Source: Takakia lepidozioides (taxonomy: Eukaryota > Plantae > Bryophyta). Taken from it: 64,000 nucleotides of DNA. Positions 40,402 through 54,400 of the stretch are shown here, piece after piece; within the stretch, counting starts at the first letter, position 1; each line of letters begins with the position of its first letter. The notes below the pieces were generated by a model that did not search any database, had not been told where the DNA came from, and saw only the letters and a list, made by a program, of their open reading frames with translations. The position numbers and the translations under genes were made by a program. The stretch spans positions 46,810,001 through 46,874,000 of the forward strand of contig CM060731.1 of the NCBI GenBank assembly GCA_030704615.1, given 5' to 3'.

Positions 40402-41031
40402 ATCCTGTTGCTCTCGTTAGCTGATACTTTCTTCCAGTGATGAAACAAACTGAAGACTTCTCTTCCCTCCCTCCTTCCAAAATAAATGGCCAGCCGCCTA
40501 GATGATTTCCTCTCTATAATGGCACATGCGGTCGCGCATTTCTCGCGTATTATCTGCAAATTTAAATCAAGAGATGCTCACAAACAACTGTCGCGGGAAG
40601 TCGTAAGCCGAGGAGACAAGGAGAAAGCGAATTCTTTTTCAGAAACGGAAGAAATGATTGCAAATGTTTCCAAACGAATTAGAAACGCTCGCTTTTCTCA
40701 TAAACTACTGATGCGTTATGTATTCCAGCGAAGCAAAGCCCGAAGAGAGGTAAGACGTGTGCCGTGAGGCGATGAATCAGCGCAGAAAAAGAAAGAGAAA
40801 ATTCTCACAGAGACGACAACATCCACCGAACTAGGAAAAAAAAGCGCTCACAGACTAGCAGGGGCTGGCGACTAGAAGCAGTGCAGCAGAATGGGAAGGA
40901 GGGAGATGCAGAGAGATTATAGAGGACCAGGGACTTGAAATGCACATCAGCCACAGACCGCTGGTCCCCACCTGTCTGACCGATGGATATTAAAACGAAC
41001 ATACGCCGGGTACACCAACGGTGCGTGAAAC

Positions 41032-41046
41032 CACGCGTGCACGTGG
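41032..41046. promoter_or_regulatory. G-box (CACGTG) with adjacent CACGCG element ~640 bp upstream of the Fd-GOGAT ATG
   Basis: CCACGCGTGCACGTGGC. The position fits a light-responsive promoter but is untested. Confidence 0.3.
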
Positions 41047-43161
41047 CCGTGCAACGCATGCGCCCGTATTACTGCGCGTCGATGTTTCGCCACCAACGGG
41101 CTGGCCTAGTTTAGCCACTGGCTAAACTAGCGTAACCCGCTTTTCTTTAACACACATACGCTATCTCCCTCTGCAACGCCCCAGATCGTCTGATATTTCC
41201 ATCGCACGGCGAAGACCTCGAAACGTGGCAGCCCCAGAGACATCTGCACTTTGCACGTTTTACGAATTCCCCAGTGGGCCCCAAGTTGTAACAACCGTAA
41301 ATATCGAGGCGATTGGGGTTGTTAAATCACTTCCAATTGGTCCGTTTCCGTGCAATCGGTATGGGATATATGATTCCCACCATTTGTATTTATTGTTTGT
41401 TTTATACCATAATCCATAAAGAACATGAAAAGCAAGCAAATGAGTGGACGGCAATACAACCACTCCTGACTGACATAAAGCCCAACCAAGCTATCAACAT
41501 AGGTATTCAATCAACTTTGGCAGGCGCCCCTTTGACCGTGGATCCCCCGTGCCTATTGCCGTGCAGGATCTACCACACGGCCGTATGTAACTCGCGGACA
41601 CGTGTATTATCTTGTCTCATATTATATATTTTGTGAGAGTAAACAACAATTGCGAGCAGTCGGACGGTCGCTACCAGGTTTCCTTTTTTTTTTAAAACAA
41701 ATAAAAAAACAACAAATAGGGTCACACTTTAGTGACCACTGGCAGTTACTAGTAAGTAGGTCGTCGGGATGCCTTCCAAGGTCGCCGGAAGGCAGGCGGT
41801 GCAACCGCGGCGGCCAGATGTGTGTGGCGGGGGGCGGTGATGGGAGCGCGGCCTCCGCGCGGTTTGCTACGCCCGCGCGGCGGCCAGAAGGAACGGAATG
41901 TTACGGTCACGAGAAGAATATACTTTTCTGCGTCCGTTCAGCAGGTCCTGTCACCGACAGGAACTGGAGAAAGCGAACGGAAAGAATATGGAATCTGTTG
42001 GCAGTTGGCAGGCGAGGTAGCTGGGAGGTCGTCCACGCTTCGCTGGGGTTGTGGCAGCGATGACGGAGACTTCATCTCTTTGGCGTGAGATTTATACGAG
42101 CTCCATCTCAGTCTGTGAAGGACAGTGGAGCTTGCTCGGAGATATTTGAGTCAAATCCATGGGAAGACCCGGGTAGGTCTACAAGTGAGATGCGGAGGGT
42201 AGGAGGCATGAGCATTTCATGTTGAGCGCTGGTGAGGCACATTTGGAGCGTCTACAGGAAGAATTGTGCTAGATCCACCCCAAATTAATTGAGAATTACC
42301 AGTTACAACCAGAAGTTCATTGACACTGCCGCGCACTTAGCAGTGAGATGTCAACAGCATAAACGCCCTCATCTTGGGAGCATGGGGAGAAAATCTCCAA
42401 TAAATTCAACAAACCGACTAAGTCATACTTGTTAAACAGAACAGAACACAGACCTAGAATGTGGCTTTCATGAGCAACCTTTGTGAGCTGGGAGAGCAAC
42501 TCTCTCATGTGCCAATTGCAGCAAGTTGGAAGACCAGAGTGAAAAAGTTCTAGAACCATGCAAATGCACAGCTACTACTAGCAAGGCCAGTCCTGGTCTG
42601 TAGTTCTCCAGGTTAATAGCAGATGAGATCACTTCCGGGTAGATAAGAAGGCATAGCCAGCCATTGCGGCAACACCCAAGGGAAGGCAAGAAGATTGAAT
42701 GGTGGAGATATTGCTGCCATGATAGGGGCATCTACCTGTTGTCGTGAAACCTGGATCAAATAGGTGTAACCTCTTACCATAACTTTCCAGCTGGCGCATT
42801 TGCTACGACATCTGCAGTTATGGACAGTCCAACTGAAGTAGACAGACTTGAAGAGTGATCAGAGCTTACAATCTTAAAGGAGTAATCCAGTATCATATGC
42901 TATTTTACAAGGCTATTTCACTGCCACATTGAGGCGTTATGAAAACATATACAATCTCTGTGTAAGAGCTGAGTTGGCTGGCTCCTAGATTCAGGTCTTG
43001 CTTTCAAACAAGTAAAGGGGTTTCAAGTTAGAAAGACTACTGTATGAACATACTGACCTCTCTTGATGGTAAACAATTGGAAGGAGAGTTTCATGAGGGT
43101 CATATTCCGCAGGGGCCTATCGCTGCAATATCCGGCCAAATAAATGAGTGAATGTCTTGAC

Positions 43162-44815
43162 CTACTCTTCGAAGCTTTTAGGTTGGAAACCATCTCCAAG
43201 TGTAGCCTTGCTGGGATCCTTTAAAAACTGGTTCTCCGCACTTTCACTGTGATAAACACATGAGATCTCGGGAGCCTGCCGCAAATCACCAACAAACCCA
43301 AACGTGTTCATGTTGCGCTTGCAATCACGAACTTCGTCAGATGTCACCAACCCTCTCGTCTCCAGCACTCGCCAGTTGCTTTGCCGCAGCACACATCCTG
43401 GCTTCACCTCTGTTTGGGACACATATACATTGAACCTGGCAAGCACAAGTAAACAGTCCCGGACAGTCTAAGGATCTGTGTCGTGTTTTCAACAGCATGA
43501 CTCCTAAAACAAATGAGCAAGGCTTTATTTGAAGGCACTCTCTTTAGCCTTTCTTGCCGTTCTTCTAGCCTTTTAGACTGCAAGCTAGGAATACAACAAG
43601 AGAGGACAGAAATCACTACGGATCCCGGAAGGCACACTCCAGTAGGGCACTCAGCGGTGTAACAGACTTTGTTGTCACGTCTCTTGAAACATCTTTACAG
43701 TGCCATCAGATTCCCATAAACATTCAACCCAAATACTTATTTCAATTTCAAAAATTTCAATATAATCTCAACATCTACGAATCATGTCTAGTCATATGGG
43801 CCCTTCTCTTGTTCCTATATGAGAATGCATATGTGCATATTGGACCAAGCTGACCATAGCCTTGCTGCCACCAGCCCTATTTGGCTGAGTTTGTTTGGGA
43901 GAGGTGCTCATTTATGTCCCAGACCTGCCAGGCAGTATCAAAAACCACTAGCTGAGTCAAGCCGGCAAGAGAAGAGCAAGAAGGCTTACGGGTTGAATGA
44001 GATGAAGAGGCGTTGATCAAGCACCATGGCGCTCATCCCATTTGCTATGCACACATCAGGGTTCGGGGTTTGCCTGTCTATCACTTCCCGCGATGCCACA
44101 TTGTTGGGCTCCACATTGAGGACTGTGTCAGCAGTAATGCCAGCACCCATCCCCAACACAAAAATGCCAGCCAAAATGTACTTGTTCATCCCTGTCAAGA
44201 GTGTTTGAGGGGGCCGTGACCTTTCTTCCTCTGCCAGTCTTGCAGTAAACCCATCTCTCCTTACTGGGTAACCCCCTTCCTCTTCTCTCAAGGGACCCCT
44301 GTACCATTGGCATTCTTTATCAGAATACTACTGCCCAAGCCTATGCTGAACAGACTCAATATACTTGCTCTACTCAGGTAAAACATTCCTCACAAGTCTC
44401 TTTTCTCCCACAATAGGGAGTTTCTCATTGATACACCAAGAGGATTTCAAACTAAACAGTTCCCTTGAATAAAGCATGATAACCAGGACAACTGAAATTA
44501 TTAATAATGGCAGAAGTTTAAGACTGAATATACCAACCTCTTGGGGGAGCCGTAGACTGTACCCCGCAACAAGGGAAGCTCAAGTTCATCTTCGAAGTCC
44601 ACCTTCGGGGGCCCAGGTGGTCCTGTGGGTGGATAATCAGGGGAAGGGCTGGATCTAAATCTCCTCTTTTCATCATCTGTTCGCAATGCTTTGACATTTA
44701 AACCACCTTTAAACTGTTGAGAACCATCCGGTTCTCTGCAACTATGAGAGACACCGGGCTTGCTTTGCTTAGAAGAGCTTCTGCACCATTTGACAGCACA
44801 AGATTTAGGTTGCCA
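43162..44815 (-). CDS. DUF3172-family protein of cyanobacterial/plastid type, with predicted transit peptide and TM helix (first exon not resolved)
   Basis: Exons ~44815-44538, 44298-43990 and 43435-43162 join in frame. Motifs ILAGIFVLGMGAGI, NVASREVIDRQTPNPDVC, FNPFNVYVSQ, PGCVLRQSNW and CKRNMNTFGF. Confidence 0.85.
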
Positions 44816-45477
44816 CTACCTGCAATTAAGACACAAGTACATTTTTGGCTAAACTAGATGGGAAATATATCCGGCCAGTATGGCTCCAGTGCTCATCCGA
44901 GGTCAAAACAGATTTTAGCTTCCTCCATTCTTCATTGTGAAACTGTCATACTGGTAAAATACTTCCACGAAATTTAAGTTGCATCCAACAAGTCCTGGGA
45001 TCCATCAGTGGACCACCTCAACAAATGCCAAAAGCAATAGGTTGACTGTATCTTGTTGTAACAACACTTCAAACTTTCTCTGCACACTACAGCTATGTAG
45101 CGACAATAAGTTCTGTCTGTCTGGTGCAAAATTCTACCCCACAATGCTGGATTCCACTCATATGCAGCAGATTTGCCAACCAGAATATTTCAACCATATC
45201 ATCCATTTAGAGAACTTGTGCCAAAAGACATGGTATGACAAGCACCTTCCTGTCTTGTACTAACACACAGGTACTCCCAACCCATCCATATACCCTACCT
45301 GAAAGGACCTATCATGGTAGCTGCAGTGAGTTCTGCAATTCCTTCGGTTTTCCCCAGATTAGGTTAACCTGCTAAGAATGGTGCTAACTGTGCGCTGGAG
45401 CTAGGAGGGGCTGCGATGAGTGCAGAGCAGGGGGCTTGAAGACGACCTCCAGCACAAGGTCTTCACTAGATAGATGA

Positions 45478-45909
45478 ATTAATTGTCCTTCCGATTTTTC
45501 TAGAGGATTAGCACCCATTTGTATTGAGAAATCACCCGTCTTCAAACCCCAAGTACAATCACAGCTTCAGGCCTTACTTGGACACCGCATGCAAAAGAGG
45601 TGGTTTTAGTTCGTTATCTGACTTGGAAAGAGGGACCAAAAACAAGAGAGAAATAGCCCCGCATCAGGTAGTGTCCTCTACCTATTCTCTGCCTATTAAT
45701 TGTCCTTCCGATTTTTCTAGAGGACTAGCACCCATTTGTATTGAGAAATCACCCGACTTCAAACCCCAAGTACAATCACAGCTTCAGGCCTTACTTGGAC
45801 ACCGCATGCAAAAGAGGTGGTTTTAGTTCGTTATCTGACTTGGAAAGAGGGACCAAAAACAAGAGAGAAACAGCCCCGCATCAGGTAGTATCCTCTACCT
45901 CTTCTCTGC
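45478..45909. repeat. Recent 217-bp tandem duplication
   Basis: ATTAATTGTCCTTCCGATTTTTCTAGAGGA at 45478 and 45695. The units differ by only a few substitutions. Confidence 0.92.
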
Positions 45910-47635
45910 AAATTGGGCGGATTGCTGAACTATATGAACCACGTCAAAGATGAGAAGCCCAGATCTTCATTTGAAATTCTCCAGCCCCCTAATCGGAGGA
46001 TATTGACAAGTACCGGAATCTTCACGTTCGGTCAAATGATGAGAACAAACTAATAGTTGGAGACAATTTGTCACGAGCTTTGGCTTCAGCAGTACCTCCT
46101 ACGTGACCTCGGTAAGCCTTAGTCGTAAGCTCATATTCGAACTTCTCTAAAAGGTCCAACCTTCACACCTCGAGAATCTTACATCTACTCGATATCAGGA
46201 GCATGCTACCTCCAACGGGGGGTTCGTAATTTACCTTCCAAATCGACACCGCCGAAAACTGCAATAACCCCCTCTTCTTCGAGGAAATTCGTTATGCGAG
46301 ACGAGCTCCGAGACTTCCGAAAAGCAGAATCCACAACGAGTGTATCCAGTTGGAACATGGGAAGGCAGGACTACAACCCCTCTCATCATCACCCACAGAT
46401 GTACGCTTAGACCAGGGGAAAGGACAGGGCAGTCAACAATCGGGCTATGACATCGTGTGGGACATTGTTCCCTTAACGCTTATCGAGTGTACTTCAAACA
46501 AGAAAATCACTGGTCAGGGGGAACAGAGAATAGGTCAGCTGGGTTCAGGACAGAGGCACCTCCGAACAGTACAATCCCACAATGCAATCCCACAATGAAA
46601 AGGGGAAGACTGAAAGGATTTAGTTTGATCTCAAAGTGAGACTGACAATTGATGCTTCCCCTGAAGTGTGCATGAACGCTGAATTCGTGTGCGCAGTTTG
46701 CAATTGGAGGATGCGAGAGGATGTGCTGCACCCCGCGAGGCAAGGAGGGTCCCCACTTTGATAGAGTTGCACATCCACTCTTTACTTGTTGCTTCGTCTT
46801 CTTTCACGTGTAATTCTGTTGTTGGGCTATCATCCTTCTTTCTGGACCTCAAAAACAGTATACATGGGTCCAGTTCATGCTCCAGTTGAGTAGGGTTTGG
46901 GCTCCAAAGAGGATGAGATACTTCTGAAATAAAAGCCACAAGACTGCACTGGTATAATGGTCTCTACACTTCCGTGGCACTACTGGTAATCTCTTCATGT
47001 GTTGTGTTGTGTTGGTACTTGGCAGATTTGTTTCATGTCAGACTGTGCATTAGCCCACTATGACACCACTGTGCCATAAATGACTTCTCTTTCACTTTCC
47101 TGAACCTAAAGTTGATGTCTCCATTAAAGAAAAAACCAGATTCACTTTGCACCCAAATTCTTGCCTTTTTGAATTTGGCACAGAGCCAATGTACAAAGGA
47201 GACAATGAAACTTCAGTTACACTTGTTTGCCCGGATATAGAGTGAAGGAGTATCATCAAAAAAGCTCGGTTGTAGGAGCCACAGCCAGTCTGGTAGACTA
47301 ACCTGAGATACAGGACGAGTGATCCTAAAGAAGAGAGGGTTGAAGGATGAGGCAACAGTGAGCACCCAATTTCACAGGATGCAGACTCAATACAGCAACT
47401 GTTATGGGATGGCAGGTTTTTGTCCTCAGGTCCACTTCTGCTTAACTAGAAAGCCAAAGACTGGCCTGTCGAATGACCAAAGGCTAAGGGCTCTGACTAG
47501 GCCCCCTTCCACCCAAGAAACCTAAGACAGCGGCAATCTTCTAAGGAAAGTGACCACAAGCAGACTGGAGACTTTAAGCTTCATGATATCAACAGTTGAA
47601 AACGACAATAATCCTCTTTTTGCAACACCAAAAGC

Positions 47636-48816
<1,181 letters not shown>

Positions 48817-49084
48817 GGTGGATGCGGCTATGGAGGCGAGCAAAGCGAGCGAGCGAGAGAGTGAGAGAGCGGGAGAGCGAGACGTCTCCAAGCACACCGC
48901 GCTTCTGCCCTGCCCTGCGCCCTTGCGCCCTATCCACCGTTGGATTGCCGATGAATACTCGTCGTCCAGTCATGAGCTCTGTGAATGATAATCATCCTCC
49001 ATCCGAAACCCATGGTTAGTTAAGGTTAACTTTACTTTGGCCCTAATAGTATGTCGTCCGATCATAATCTTTTCATCCAATATC

Positions 49085-49350
49085 CACCTTTTTTTTTCTT
49101 TTTTTTTCTTTTTGTTTCCAAGGAGACTTACACCAGCCGGGCCAGCTACTGGGGGAAATCCACCATTTTTTATTTTTTTTTTAAACAGAACAGGGGGATT
49201 GTAGCCCTGATTAATTTTATTAATGGTTATTTGGGGAAAAAAATTAAAGCCCCCCAGTTACACGGAACACAATAGGAATAATGTTTTGTTTTGTTTTCCC
49301 TCTTTTTTTTCTTTTTTTCTTTTTTTCTTTTTTTTGGGAAGGGGATTCAG
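49085..49350 (-). mobile_element. Cluster of short poly(A)-tailed retroposon ends
   Basis: Several T-runs on + are followed by purine-rich GGGAAGGGGA / CAGAACAGGGGG..TTTATTAA, similar to the tail at 60663. Confidence 0.4.
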
Positions 49351-49351
49351 G

Positions 49352-49683
49352 CGCCTCTCATTTTAAGATAATAGGGTCTTCAATGGGCACGTGCGATGTG
49401 GCCGGTAGGCCCCGTGCACGGACGCCCGGCTCCCCAGCACCCCGCCCGCCCCGCCCCCCCACCGCTGCGCGCGGTTGCACAGCCGCGGGCGCGGCTTGCA
49501 GCAACCGCGTCCGCGCCCCCGTCCGCCGCGCAGCCAGTCACCCGCCCATGAGTCCGCTGCCCTCCAGTCTGCCAGTCCGCCAGTCCGGTGCTGGCCAATC
49601 CGCTGTCATCCAGTCCGCTGACGGCGCAGGATCGCCACCGTCCATTCCCATAACCCATCCGAGCCCTCCATTTTTAGGGCTGC
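49352..49683 (+). repeat. Left terminal inverted repeat (~330 bp) of MULE copy 2
   Basis: Complementary to 2738-3083. Confidence 0.9.
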
Positions 49684-51423
49684 GAAAATGGCAATGATCT
49701 TCCCACCAAATCCCGGCCGCTCTCTTTTTACGGCTGTTTGTTGTCTGATGTTGCGGTAGGTGTTTCCATGCACGCGACTGTTCCTCTTTTGCGCGCGATG
49801 TTCATGATGATGATGAAGCGTGTGCTTGAACATGAGAGGACTGTCTCGGCACTACAGCCACCATCGTGCATATGCTTCCACTATTTTTGCCTTCTTGTTG
49901 TGCTTTCGGGAACCTTCGTTTTATGGTTTGGTTCTATGTCATAAATATGGAAAATGCGGACATCTGTCGTCGATAACGTCCTCTGCTTGTGATCCGTCAT
50001 GATACGTTTAGCCCCTTCATACTGCATCCCTCATGAGAGCCTTCACAAATTTAGTTCGTTAAAGGAACCCATGGGTAACATGGGCACGAAAATGGTGGAA
50101 GCGTATGCACATGGGGGCGTGTATTGCAGATTTCGTATCGGACGATGGGACTATTTATGTGACCAAGTATAGCGGCTTGCATCCGTCGTGAATAAGTTGT
50201 GGAAAAGGGTGGAGAATCTGAAGAAACCCAGCTTTGTGATGGATCCACATGGTATTATATAAGGGGTGGCAGCACAAAAAAACAATTCGAGTCATCACGG
50301 AACACCATCCAGTCGTAAGGTCCTCAAACATCCACACGCACCTGCTGAATGCAGATGTCTGAGCCACGACGGGAGTAGGTGCAGAATCGGTACATTGTCG
50401 CATTTGTCAGGAGACGGACCAAGCTGAGACAATTGCATCTACAAATGCGCGTGGATGTTTGAGGTCTGTTGTATCGCGAGTCTGTTCACAGTGGGTCCGC
50501 TGGCCCGTCAGTGCTCCGGATATTCCCCTTATCGCGTGCATAACAGTCAGTTTGGAGGCGGTCTACTGGAAGTCCGTCTGTTGGGATATCAGTTTGTCGC
50601 ACTTGTGAATTTGTCAGTCTGTTGTGTCGGAAGTCTGTCGCACTAAGTCTGTTTGACTTCTTATTTTCCCTCCGGTCAGTCTTTTGGCTTGTTCTCCTGC
50701 TAGTCTGGCGAAACGTCCATCTGCTGGACTCCTCTATGGATATCAGTCTGTTGGACTGTGCATGCATCAGTTTGTTGTGCCGCGAGTCTATTCGCAATGG
50801 GTGTGTTCGACTTTCCTGTTCTCCCCTTACTCTCTTTTGTCTTCATTCCGCTGGCAGGGAAGTGCCTCCAATATGAAGCCGCTTCGCCTCAGCAAAGCGA
50901 ATAGTCCGCTGGACTGGCGGTCCGGTGGACTCTCGGCCCGATGGGAAATGAGTTTGCTGCACTTTCGAGGACCGTGGATGAATTTAGTACGATTCAGTGG
51001 ACGTATTCAATGCGATGACGGCGGATAGTTGGCGCTTGTGAAATCGCGGCACATTGGCAGTGTCATGCCCGCTTTCCCCCTTCTACTTCTACTTTCTTCT
51101 CATGTTCCCTGTGCGATCGACTCCATTCTCTTCGCGCCTGTTTCTTCACACTGTTTTGCACTGTTTTGTTTTCCTCTTTGCGTTTCCATCACCGTAACGA
51201 AAGACGACCGTTCTTCCCCAGGTGTGGAGAGTCGCGGTGAGCCGCGAAGCGTCGTAAACACGCTCGTCTTCGTAACAACTCGAAGTTCATCGGCTCGGTG
51301 AGGTTCTCACTTGCTGCGGTGTTTCCATTCCATTTTGTGTCCTCTTCTTGCTTAGGGTGAGTCTTTTCATAGGACTTCTATCTGTCGCTCATTGTCCTTG
51401 CACCTTCGTTTCATTCTGCAGCG

Positions 51424-54400
51424 ATGGAGGATGCTTGTGAAAAGGGTGGAGCGGACTGGGTGGATTTTGTGCACCAAACCAGACTGAAGAAGGAGCGAAG
51501 GTACTGGTACTCACCAGACGAGTTTGATCATAAAATAGTGGAAGCATTTGTAGACCTCCGCGCCCGAAAGCCCAAAAACTCGAATTGGCAGAAGGACAAG
51601 CTCTTCTGTCCCTTCTGTGAAGAGGTTATCAAGGACAAAATCCAACTAAATCGGCATTGTGTTGACACGGGTTGCAAGGAGACTGTTGCAATGATTCCAC
51701 GGGATTTCAAGCCTTGGCCGATACTGAAAGAAATGTCGATTGTCAAAGAGGCCACAATGCGCTTGCGCAGATCAGTGCTTGACCCCCGCACTTTGGAATT
51801 AGACGAAGTGCGCGCACGGTATGGCGTCCATTGTGGTGGCCCGTCAATGGAGGATTTGCAAGTGCAGGGAACGCCGGACGCTCCCAGAAAATGTAAACTG
51901 AGTGATGGGGCCCAAAAAAAGGAGAGGCAAAAAAAGGAGAGGCAAAAAAAGGAGAAGGCTGCAAGGTCTACTCGCGAAGCAAGGGCAAAATCCACGCAAC
52001 AGACTGAACCCCGTCCTGGGCGGCAGACCCACACCATCAGTACTGATACTGAAAGTGAATCTGCTCAGGGCCTGGAAGGGGTGACAAGTCCAGTGGACAT
52101 TGACTTGCCTGACCAGACTCGGCAGCAGACTCACACAAATATCGCGACCCATGCCATCGGTTTAGGGTCAAAACCAAAAACTCAACAGAGCACTGAAGGG
52201 TCAGTCTGCCCTGGCACATTGCGCCTCGTTGACTTTGGGCTTCCCACCAGAGTGCCCACCAATTGGGGATCCGGACTTCTTCCGTTATTTCTACAGAGTT
52301 GCCCAGTCAGGTCTGCTACGCACATTCATCGTCATCCAGCAGACTCCCGTTCAGCAGCCTGTCATCCAGCAGACTCCAACGGAGCAGACTCCCAACGAGC
52401 AGCTTGTCATCCTGCAGACTCCTCTCCAGGAACCCATCATGCAGCCCATGCCAATGGGAAATCCTGTCATCCAACAGATTGCGGACCAGCAGACTGTCTT
52501 TCTCTCACGTAGCATGACGTTTTTTGCAGTTTGGCGATCGCCATCATCGGTAATTCGACCGGGAGCTGAAGACCTCACACTTCCCCTGCTTAGGGTGGGA
52601 GAAATTAATCCCCATTTGGGCATAATGAGCTCCACCGGATTGTTGCGGACCGCCGGTGGTCATTTGTACCCTTTCATTATTCCATGGAGTTTTCTATTGA
52701 GGAAGCCAACCATGTTCTAGAAGCCGCCTCTGCTGTTGCCATTGAAGCCACAAGCGACCAAAATGCGCCGCCTCTACTTGTGTAGCTGATTCTCATGGAT
52801 GACCCACGGCCTGAAGACCTCAGACATATGCCTATGGCACATCCAACCTTTGGGGTGTGAAGAAAGCACTTGTTCGGATTGACTGAGGAGGACTTTGAGC
52901 GCATGGCAGCTTCCTTCCTACAACACGGATGGATGCAATTTGGCAATTTCCGCTCATACAACAAGTTGATGAAGGATCTACATAGTTTGAGGATGGACTT
53001 ACTCCATGGAACAGACCATTCACAGAAGTTTGTGGTGGATGATGCATTGCACTGGTTTGCATTGGTGATGGAGCGAGCAGTATTCGACATTGTTTTGCAG
53101 AATCCCAATGTCTTCAAAATCCTGTGGTGTGGGATCCCAACTGAAGACTGCATCGGCGCCATTACTCATCTCGATGGAGCATGCCTGTGCCGGCAAATCA
53201 AGGACATTGGCCTCGTCGGAAATCTTTTGGAAGGTAAAATGTTATGGGCAACTTTCGTGTTTCAGCTCAATTTCTTTTGCCAACTTTTTTAGAAATTCAC
53301 ATTTGCATAAACATGTGTTGCAGGGCGAGTTGATCTGGGAGACAAGCAAGTGCAGGCTGCTTTCGACTCTTTTGCCAGAGGTGCAAGGGACCTTGTCTTG
53401 GTTTTACAAGAAGTTCGAGAGACTGTCCAGCAGACTGGCCACAAGAATGTCGAACAACATATTCCCCACGACACATGTGGGCAGACTGCCCAAGTGCTGG
53501 AGACCAAGCATATGCACCAGACCGTCCCGGGTAATAGGCCGGATCACTCCCAGCAGACTGCCCCGCACACACATACTCAGTATGTACAAACAGTACTGAG
53601 CGGGCAGCAAACTTTGCAGACTTTGCAGCAGACCGGAGAACAGACCGGCCAACAGACTACCCCTCAGCCGACTGTGCAGCAGACCAGCGAACATGGCCAC
53701 CAAACTGCCCCTCAGCAGACTGTATAGCAGACCGTGCAGCAGACCGACGAATCCAACCAGCAGATTGCCCCTCAGCAGATTGTGCAACACACTGGCGAAC
53801 CCACTCAGCAGATGGCCGAGCAGACAATCCAGGAGACTAACAACCAGTCTGTTCCCTGGATTGTGCAACAGACTCGGATACACTAGCCTCACCGGGACCC
53901 TGTGGACGAATTTCTACTGAGTTCCCAACAACATGTTTTTGGATCTGCCAGTATGAGTGTTTTGACCGAGTCCACTTTTTCCCCAGGCACATTCACTGAC
54001 AACGTCATCAGGTCACCGGTAAAGCATTATTATCCAGCTCCCCGTGGCCTGCCTTCTATGACCTTCCAGCTTAGTCCCGTTTTCGTGCGCTCAGTGGCGA
54101 AAACGAAAGCCATAGATGAGTCTTACGTGATGACCGAACTCAATCTGGGAACGCAAAACCGTATCATAGATCTTACAGAAGAGTCTGAGGAAGCAATTGC
54201 CGGTGGGTCTTCTATACATGTTCTTGATGTTCCCCAAGTCCATGGAGATCCGAACACCCAGCCGGCTGTCCACCAGACTGACCAGCACACTGAACAGTGG
54301 ACACATGGAATGACTGTCGAGCAACCTGTGGCGGGGCAGCATACTGTCTTCATTGATGAGCAGACTGAACCGTAGACTAACCAGCAGATTGCACAGGTCA

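Noticed and set aside
41745-42900. GC-rich patch and short ORFs between GOGAT and DUF3172
   Set aside because: No recognisable domain or consistent splice structure.
49930-50480. Possible third MULE ORF (VANC-like candidate) with a CRIC motif
   Set aside because: Multiple stops in all frames and no recognisable domain. It needs a family consensus before any claim.
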